A DNA stretch of 5,976 nucleotides from IMG/VR virus record IMGVR_UViG_2713896787_000006; one strand, given 5' to 3'. The translations under genes and the position numbers were made by a program. The notes below the pieces were generated by a model. It was not told the origin of the DNA. It ran no database searches and worked only from the letters and a program-made list of their open reading frames with translations. This stretch comes from a virus. Taxonomy: Duplodnaviria; Heunggongvirae; Uroviricota; Caudoviricetes. This document shows positions 1 through 4,934 of this stretch, piece by piece. The first letter of the stretch is position 1, and each line of letters opens with the position of its first letter.

Positions 1-1343
1 GTCAGGCTGGCTGATATTGGCTGCCTGCATAATTTTGTTTACTTCGTCAGCGGTAACTTTTATCGGCTCTGGTTGTTCTGAATCTTCAGCGGTATCTACA
101 TTTTGCGGTAAGCCCGTGTATGTGCCATTTTTTCGGGCAAAATATTCTTCTTTTGTGATTTCAGTGGCGCCAGCAGCCAGTGCCTTATCCAGACCAGAAA
201 GTTTGTTTGCGCGACCGTATTTTTCTCCGTCCTTATCTGCGAAGAGGAAATAGAACGGCCCCTCACGCTCTACAGATGGTTCAGCTTCCGGCGCGGTTTC
301 ATTTTTTGGGATATCAGATACCTCAGTTTCCACTGCATCAGTTTGTGTTTCTGATGACTGGAGAACATCAACAGTGCCCAGGTCTGTTTCTTCATTCTCA
401 AACACGCCCTTTGTAGTCAGGTATTCAGTAATGTATTTGTTCAGTGCCACAGGGTCTTTGTGAATGTCGATCGGACGTTCACGGACAAGGCCAAAAATAG
501 TCTGGCGGTCGTAGCGAAGGGCATCAGGCTGTTTGCGCATTGATGCCGAGATACGCTTCCAGTCTTCGCGGTCGTTGTCGATAACTTCATTTTTTGCCCA
601 GCGATGGATGCTGCCGTCAATGTTTCCGGCATCCACATCACCAGGCCAGAGAGCGTAGGCCAGTTCTTCATCCAGCGTTTTCCATGTCTGCTTGTATTCG
701 CGACAAATGGCGGCAGTGACTGGGTTGATTTTTCCTGCTGAGTTTTCAGTGTGCTGTTGATTGACTCTGGCGCTGGCGAGATCAACAACAGACGTGTATT
801 TTCCAGTCTCTTTGCGCTCTGCGTCCTGCCGTTTTTTCCAGTTACGTAATTCAGCCTGAATTTCGGGCCATTTGGCACCCGGATTACATTTGTGTTTAAC
901 CCATCCGATAGCGAACAGTTTGCGTTCCGGATACATAGCGTTAATTTCAGGCGTTTTCATCAGTGCTTCAACGATATGCCCGTCAAAGGTAGCAACGTCT
1001 TCCTGCAGTAATTCCTGCGCGTCAATCGCCATATCAACGGTGATGTTTTCACATGTACCGAACTTAACCAGGACCGCGTTCTGTACTTCAGGGGACAGCT
1101 TGTCAAAATTGACGTTCATCGGATCGGATTCTGGTTCGACCGGAATAAAGGAAGCGGATTCCTCATCCCAGCGGTTTTCCTGCATATATTCAGCATCCCA
1201 NNNNNNNNNNNNNNNNNNNNNNNNNNNNNNNNNNNNNNNNNNNNNNNNNNNNNNNNNNNNNNNNNNNNNNNNNNNNNNNNNNNNNNNNNTCCTTTATTGC
1301 CTGTTCGTCCGGAATGGCGGCGCAAATAAAGACTTTACTCATT
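1..1343 (-). CDS. Partial CDS (3' end lies beyond window start): large acidic hypothetical protein in the early-left exo/RecE-like position; interrupted by N-run 1201-1289
   Basis: Stop-free minus-strand frame from 1200 down to 1 (about 400 codons, codon starts at positions divisible by 3), translating ...WDAEYMQENRWDEESASFIPVEPESDPMNVNFDKLSPEVQNAVLVKFGTCENITVDMAIDAQELLQEDVATFDGHIVEALMKTPEINAMYPERKLFAIGW... ATG at 1343-1341 with GAGG about 9 nt upstream gives MSKVFICAAIPDEQAIKE before the gap. Absent from the ORF track because it has no in-window stop. Frame continuity across the gap cannot be verified, so this could be two genes. Function not recognised; the RecE-like label is positional only. 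Confidence 0.55.
1201..1289. other. Run of 89 N (assembly gap or masked sequence)
   Basis: Directly visible in the sequence; true length and content unknown. Confidence 0.99.
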
Positions 1344-1437
1344 TTGTTTTAACCTCATTACAGATTTCAGGGTGAACGAATCCCTGCCATTGCTGGCATT
1401 TTTAATCCGTTGGTATGGCGTTAATATGGCTGGCGGG

Positions 1438-1626
1438 TTATCCAGCCGGTATTTCGTTATTCAGGTTCAGCGATACTTTTTTTAACGGGAGGCATTCACC
1501 GGGGATTTTTTGTTCGTCCCTTACCTGAATGCAGGATGACTTACTGTCATAAATTCCGGTAATCACATTTTGTGGCTCACCCGTTATAAGAAAAACGGTC
1601 ATCACCAGTGCAAATGCTGAAGTCAC
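1438..1626 (-). CDS. Small hypothetical early protein (about 62 aa with GTG start; 54 aa if ATG at 1602 is used), YdaE-like position
   Basis: Track ORF 1438..1626. GTG at 1626-1624 overlaps the TGA stop of the upstream gene (GTGA, translational coupling) and has GGAG 4-5 nt upstream; the alternative ATG at 1602 has a weak SD. Product not recognised. Confidence 0.4.
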   Translation of the reverse strand: MTSAFALVMTVFLITGEPQNVITGIYDSKSSCIQVRDEQKIPGECLPLKKVSLNLNNEIPAG

Positions 1627-1811
1627 TGCTGTTCTCCGATAATACCAAGTTCAAGAAGGGCAATTCTGGAAAGTATGGAATTATCATTGAGAAGATAAGG
1701 TTCATATTTTCTCATCTTAATGGCATCTTCCGTAAACTCCCGGTTACTGAGCAGAACACCAATATCAAAACAACCTTCAGACGTATTAACGTTTGGTAAT
1801 AACGTTTCCAT
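1623..1811 (-). CDS. Small hypothetical early protein (61 aa, METLLPNVNTSEGCFDIGVLL...), Kil-like position
   Basis: ATG at 1811-1809 preceded by GAGGA with a 7-nt spacer; stop TGA at 1625-1623. The track's longer version (to 1916) begins with GTG and lacks an RBS. The Kil assignment is positional only. Confidence 0.5.
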   Translation of the reverse strand: METLLPNVNTSEGCFDIGVLLSNREFTEDAIKMRKYEPYLLNDNSILSRIALLELGIIGEQQ

Positions 1812-1828
1812 TATCGCGTCCTCAACAA

Positions 1829-1976
1829 TGAATTTTGTGATGCGGTGCCTGGTGCCTCCAGGTGACGTTAACCAGTTAACAATTAACGCCGGATACAGAG
1901 AATCCACCCATAACACTGTTTTTGGTTTTAACTGTTCCGCGTGCGCTCAGCCGCATTCACCGCATCACAAAATTCA
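1829..1976. repeat. Perfect 19-bp inverted repeat pair (TGAATTTTGTGATGCGGTG at 1829-1847; CACCGCATCACAAAATTCA at 1958-1976) flanking a 110-bp segment rich in internal symmetry
   Basis: Both arms checked base by base. Interior contains GTTAACCAGTTAAC, CCTGGTGCCTCCAGG and tandem CCGCAT(T)CAC. Left arm ends 17 nt upstream of the start codon of the 1623..1811 gene. Confidence 0.9.
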
Positions 1977-2063
1977 CTTTAAAAAGGGCGGCAGAGCAGT
2001 CACGGAGTAAAACTGATACCGCCAAACGTCACCAGAAAATTGATAACAGAGGGCGTTGCAGCG

Positions 2064-2100
2064 GGGTTGTCACTTAAGCGTATGGTCAACCTGACAACCC
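2064..2100. repeat. Stem-loop: 9-bp perfect stem GGGTTGTCA / TGACAACCC with 19-nt loop, within a GC-rich hairpin cluster
   Basis: Direct inspection. Further hairpins at 2112-2130 (CGGGG/CCCCG), 2143-2158 (CCGCG/CGCGG) and 2246-2261 (CCCTGA/TCAGGG, 4-nt loop). No convincing ORF on either strand between 1917 and 2363. Confidence 0.7.
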
Positions 2101-2375
2101 GGTGTCCTCAACGGGGAAGGAATAACCCCGCCATACTTACCGCCGCGCCATTTCGCGGAGTGCCACAACCGGAAGCGCACGTTCGAAGAAATCTAACGAC
2201 AAGCCTTCTAAGGGAAAGAGCTTCGCCGTACGCTTTCGCGTTATGCCCTGACTTTTCAGGGAAATATCCTTTCAGTAAACTGTCAGTACCGGATTCTTAT
2301 CCGTGTCCGGCGCACGACCACACGTGACAGCGTGTTGGTCTCCATTTTTAACCCAGAACCTCAATGGAGGATAAA

Positions 2376-2585
2376 ATGCCAAACAAAAAAAGAAATCCGC
2401 TTATTGAAAAACAGATTGAATGCCTGGTAAATCAACTCAGGCAATCAGGGTTATTAAAAACTCATTCAGAGTTGAGGCTCACAGAATCAGCATTCGACGA
2501 TAAATTAAATAATGTCCTTTATAATGGCATTATTGATTTTAATCGTTCTGTTGGTCGCCGCGGCCCTGCTGGTGTTTCCTTATAA
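2376..2585 (+). CDS. Small hypothetical protein (69 aa, MPNKKRNPLIEKQIECLVNQLRQSGLL...), sieB-like position but much shorter
   Basis: ATG at 2376 with strong SD GGAGG (2366-2370) and 5-nt spacer; the track start at 2364 lacks an SD. Convergent with the 216-aa gene (stops abut at 2585/2586). The C-terminal 20 aa (GIIDFNRSVGRRGPAGVSL) look frame-shifted relative to a hydrophobic +1 frame. Confidence 0.5.
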   Translation: MPNKKRNPLIEKQIECLVNQLRQSGLLKTHSELRLTESAFDDKLNNVLYNGIIDFNRSVGRRGPAGVSL

Positions 2586-2622
2586 TTACCAGTCAATCCA
2601 GAGTGGACCGTGTTCAGCGTAA
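2512..2622 (+). CDS. Candidate small hydrophobic ORF (36 aa, MSFIMALLILIVLLVAAALLVFPYNYQSIQSGPCSA) in the +1 frame of the 69-aa gene; possibly the true C-terminus after a frameshift
   Basis: 19 consecutive hydrophobic residues (one predicted TM helix) encoded at 2527-2583; ATG at 2512 and 2524, no SD; stop TAA at 2620-2622. Below the track's size cut-off. Overlaps the last 12 codons of the convergent 216-aa gene. Confidence 0.25.
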   Translation: MSFIMALLILIVLLVAAALLVFPYNYQSIQSGPCSA

Positions 2623-3236
2623 ATATAACTGTACACATCCAGATTATATTTGTGGTCTGTTAAGAACAGGCCGCAAATACATGCCGAAGCTTCCAGTGCA
2701 GCGGCTCTGTTACTGAATAACCATGTAGCAACATTCCAGCGTTTTTCTGCATCCCAGTCTTTATCAAGGCCTGATACCATGAAGAAACCGTTAGTGTTGC
2801 CATCAAATAATTCTGTTTCCAAATTTTTAAGCAATGCCTGATGGACTCTTGCCAGGTATTCCGCCGGAATTTCGCCACGAATTCTGATGAGATTGTCATA
2901 AACAAACATGTTCCCCGCATATGGCGATTTTTCTTTCTTGTTTTTTAAACCAGCATCATGAGCAAACTGATCAATTTCTTCTTCCGTTGGTTTCGTATTG
3001 ATGTTTTGCGCTGTCGTTTCTGCAATTTTATTTGCCACACTCTCTGAGTCGTGTTTATTTATAGACGCACAGAAATACAATCCGGTAAACGCATCGCGCA
3101 CATTACGAGCCATATTATCAGTGTCTTTTTTCGTTACCGATTCCAATTCAAGTTCGTTCAGACGATGACGAAGTGTGTGTGCTGCAATCTCCTGGATTGA
3201 AGGAGGTAAATCTTTAAATTCCATCGTCAACCTCAT
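2586..3236 (-). CDS. Hypothetical protein, 216 aa, second gene of the PL-proximal pair
   Basis: Track ORF with ATG at 3236-3234 overlapping the upstream TGA (TGATG, one-nucleotide overlap, translational coupling). Diverse protein-like composition. No family recognised by eye. Confidence 0.75.
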   Translation of the reverse strand: MRLTMEFKDLPPSIQEIAAHTLRHRLNELELESVTKKDTDNMARNVRDAFTGLYFCASINKHDSESVANKIAETTAQNINTKPTEEEIDQFAHDAGLKNKKEKSPYAGNMFVYDNLIRIRGEIPAEYLARVHQALLKNLETELFDGNTNGFFMVSGLDKDWDAEKRWNVATWLFSNRAAALEASACICGLFLTDHKYNLDVYSYIYAEHGPLWIDW

Positions 3237-3469
3237 CAGTCGGAGTTTCTTGCTAACCAGCGATGCGCGCCAGCTTCGGTTTTAAACGTTTTACTTTTGG
3301 TATACGTCATCGCGGTAAACGTACCGTCCTGGTTGGGAAACACGCCGCATACCAGAGATTCGCTGTTGCCAAGATCGATAGTATCCATGCTGACCTCATT
3401 TCCCCTTAACGCCGGGGTAGCGGAACAAAAACCTGCTGCATAGTTATTAAAGTTGAACCCTGCCGTCAT
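3236..3469 (-). CDS. Hypothetical small protein, 77 aa, first gene downstream of the PL-like promoter
   Basis: ATG at 3469-3467 with GAGG about 12 nt upstream; stop TGA at 3238-3236 overlapping the start of the 216-aa gene. Not arginine-rich at the N-terminus, so not an obvious N-type antiterminator. Confidence 0.6.
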   Translation of the reverse strand: MTAGFNFNNYAAGFCSATPALRGNEVSMDTIDLGNSESLVCGVFPNQDGTFTAMTYTKSKTFKTEAGAHRWLARNSD

Positions 3470-3570
3470 GTTCTTACGCCTCGGGCTGGCTACTTACCCC
3501 CTGACCACTGCCTGGTAACTCGAAGTATTGCCCTGCGTTCTGTGGGACGGGGTGGGTTGGTATGAAAGGA

Positions 3571-3612
3571 AGGATACCCATGGGTATTTAAAAAGTAAAT
3601 ACCCATGGGTAA
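3571..3612 (-). promoter_or_regulatory. PL-like leftward promoter with two palindromic operator sites (OL1 TACCCATGGGTA 3575-3586; OL2 TACCCATGGGTA 3600-3611)
   Basis: Two copies of the perfect palindrome TACCCATGGGTA spaced 25 bp centre to centre (the first is a perfect 14-mer ATACCCATGGGTAT). On the minus strand: -35 TTTACT (3599-3594), 17-nt spacer, -10 TATCCT (3576-3571). OL1 overlaps the spacer and -10; OL2 abuts the -35. Confidence 0.55.
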
Positions 3613-3653
3613 TTTTTTGATGTGTCTTAACTGGTGACTGGTTGTTTGGTGAG

Positions 3654-4073
3654 TTATGATGCGTTTTGTGCTTTCTTTTTACGGATTTCTTCGTAGATCA
3701 TATTGTAATACTGTTTTTTCTCTTCAAGAGTTTTTAATAAGTTATCCGCTTCACTTTCTGGCAGTTCGTCTAAGAGATCTAAAAAAATACGTTGTCGTGG
3801 CGTTAGAACCCTTGTTTCATAATTGGAGGCTGTGTTCGTTGATGATGAAACGATACCATCCATCCATCCCCGGGGTAACCCAAAGGACTCTTCTATAATC
3901 TCCACCATATCATCAGCGATCCGTTTTTTTCCTTTTTTCCCCTCTGGGTACAACATTCTTGATACATAAGAAGGCTCGCGACCGATCTTTCTGGCCACGT
4001 TAACCGCTTTACCATCGCATTTCTCATCACGAATTTTGATGAGTTGTTGTCGTCTAAATTCATATTTGTCCAT
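3654..4073 (-). CDS. Prophage repressor-like HTH DNA-binding protein (139 aa), CI-like position, too short for a LexA/S24 autocleavage domain
   Basis: ATG at 4073-4071 (MDKYEFRRQQLIKIRDE...). Probable HTH around GKAVNVARKIGREPSYVSRML. Divergent from the Cro-like gene, with operators at both ends. The track's TTG start at 4115 adds an implausible Cys-rich extension. Positional analogue of RacR/CI; I do not recognise the sequence itself. Confidence 0.75.
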   Translation of the reverse strand: MDKYEFRRQQLIKIRDEKCDGKAVNVARKIGREPSYVSRMLYPEGKKGKKRIADDMVEIIEESFGLPRGWMDGIVSSSTNTASNYETRVLTPRQRIFLDLLDELPESEADNLLKTLEEKKQYYNMIYEEIRKKKAQNAS

Positions 4074-4079
4074 AGGTAA

Positions 4080-4148
4080 ATAATAGATGCGATTACCGCA
4101 AGGTAAACAACCCAAGGGTATTGACTTTTGTTTACCTGTGGGTATTCT
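4080..4148. promoter_or_regulatory. Divergent immunity control region: three operator-like TACC-N4-GGTA sites (4094-4105, 4109-4120 imperfect, 4133-4144), PR-like promoter, and a possible PRM-like promoter for leaderless repressor mRNA
   Basis: PR: -35 TTGACT (4121-4126), 16-nt spacer, -10 TATTCT (4143-4148); site 4133-4144 overlaps the spacer and -10, site 4109-4120 abuts the -35. This mirrors PL. Minus strand: TATTAT at 4085-4080 lies 6 nt upstream of the repressor ATG, with a weak -35. SD AAGGAG at 4162-4167 precedes the Cro-like ATG at 4173. Confidence 0.5.
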
Positions 4149-4172
4149 TGCTGTGTTTACTAAGGAGTAGCT

Positions 4173-4454
4173 ATGGAAGAATTAAGAATATTTCTCAATT
4201 CTCTTTCGTCAGATGAACAGCGTATGTTTGCATGTGAGTGTGGTACTAGCATCGGTTATCTAAGAAAGGCATTGAGTAAAGGTCAAATGTTAGGGGCATC
4301 GTTATGTGTCCTTATTGAGCGAGCCAGTAATGGTGAAGTTACACGTCAGCAACTAAGGCCTTTTGATTGGATGAATATTTGGCCCGAGCTGGAAGATACC
4401 AAAACGTTAACACAACCACTTACTAGGAGCTTGATTCATGAAAATCAAGCATGA
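4173..4454 (+). CDS. ydaS: Cro-like small HTH regulator, YdaS-family-like (93 aa)
   Basis: Strong SD AAGGAG with 5-nt spacer; first gene rightward of the operators. Translation contains FACECGTSIGYLRKALSKG ... LCVLIERASNGEVTRQQLRPFDW, matching my recollection of the YdaS/Cro-like signature (IERA-x-x-GEV ... LRP-x-DW). Symbol assigned from that recollection and synteny, not from a search. Confidence 0.75.
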   Translation: MEELRIFLNSLSSDEQRMFACECGTSIGYLRKALSKGQMLGASLCVLIERASNGEVTRQQLRPFDWMNIWPELEDTKTLTQPLTRSLIHENQA

Positions 4455-4863
4455 ACACATCCGCATGGCGATGAATGCCTGGGCGCGTCCTGATGGCGAA
4501 AAAGTTCCAGCAGCTGGAATAACCCAGGCTTATTTTGAGTTGGGTATGACGTTTCCTGAACTGTATGACGACAGCCATCCGGAAGCCCTGGCTCGCAATA
4601 CCCAGAAAATTTTCCGCTGGGTAGAGAAAGACACCCCTGATGCAGTTGAAAAAATTCAGGCGTTGTTACCAGCGATCGAAAAGGCAATGCCACCTTTGCT
4701 GGTGGCCAGAATGCGCAGCCACAGTTCAGCTTATTTTCGGGAGCTGGTGGAGACGCGGGAGCGACTGGTGAGAGACGCTGATGATTTTGTCGCAGTGGCA
4801 ATCGCCGGTTTCAATCAGATGAACCGTGGTGGCCCGGCAGGAAATGCTGTGGCAGTTCATTGA
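4438..4863 (+). CDS. ydaT: YdaT-family protein (141 aa), CII-like position downstream of the Cro-like gene
   Basis: Starts MKIKHEHI..., contains ...QKIFRWVEKDTPDAVEKIQALLPAIEKA... and ends ...AVH, consistent with my recollection of Rac YdaT. AGGAG 8 nt upstream; overlaps the ydaS-like stop by 17 nt. Confidence 0.8.
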   Translation: MKIKHEHIRMAMNAWARPDGEKVPAAGITQAYFELGMTFPELYDDSHPEALARNTQKIFRWVEKDTPDAVEKIQALLPAIEKAMPPLLVARMRSHSSAYFRELVETRERLVRDADDFVAVAIAGFNQMNRGGPAGNAVAVH

Positions 4864-4934
4864 CTGACAATAGCCATATCGAATCGCTTCCGGCAACTCG
4901 TGAGTAAAAAGATTCGGTATCAGAAGAGGTGAGT

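Noticed and set aside
17-1375. Track ORFs 17..253 (+), 180..416 (+), 441..878 (-), 872..1375 (+) and 1116..1325 (-)
   Set aside because: All overlap the long stop-free minus-strand frame (codon starts divisible by 3) that runs off the window edge. 441..878 is the +1 frame of that gene with a GTG start and an S/T/R-rich junk translation. The plus-strand ORFs are antisense with low-complexity translations. 872..1375 and 1116..1325 run through the N-run.
1608-2010. Plus-strand ORFs 1608..1799 (63 aa) and 1720..2010 (96 aa)
   Set aside because: Antisense to the two small minus-strand genes that have RBS and coupling signals; no SD upstream; Ser/Asn-rich low-complexity translations.
2181-2187. 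GTTCGAA motif resembling a tRNA T-loop
   Set aside because: No flanking acceptor stem, D-arm or anticodon arm can be drawn; an isolated heptamer is expected by chance.
2040-2327. Plus-strand ORF of 95 aa (R/P-rich)
   Set aside because: Composition is typical of a chance ORF in GC-rich structured DNA (many Arg/Pro/Ala, no RBS); the region is better explained as non-coding.
2650-2920. ORFs 2650..2841 (+) and 2660..2920 (-) inside the 216-aa gene
   Set aside because: Alternative-frame or antisense ORFs fully contained within the longer, better-supported 216-aa CDS.
3470-3570. Search for a nut (boxA/boxB) site in the PL leader
   Set aside because: No boxA-like CGCTCTTTA or convincing boxB hairpin found in the roughly 95-nt leader; antitermination signals, if any, are not recognisable here.
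3656-3898. Plus-strand ORF of 80 aa antisense to the repressor gene
   Set aside because: Contained within the repressor CDS on the opposite strand; no RBS; hydrophobic junk-like translation.
4074-4115. TTG start at 4115 for the repressor (track ORF 3654..4115)
   Set aside because: Adds MGCLPCGNRIYYLP, an implausible extension, and would place coding sequence over the operator sites; ATG at 4073 with an adjacent -10 (leaderless) is more consistent.
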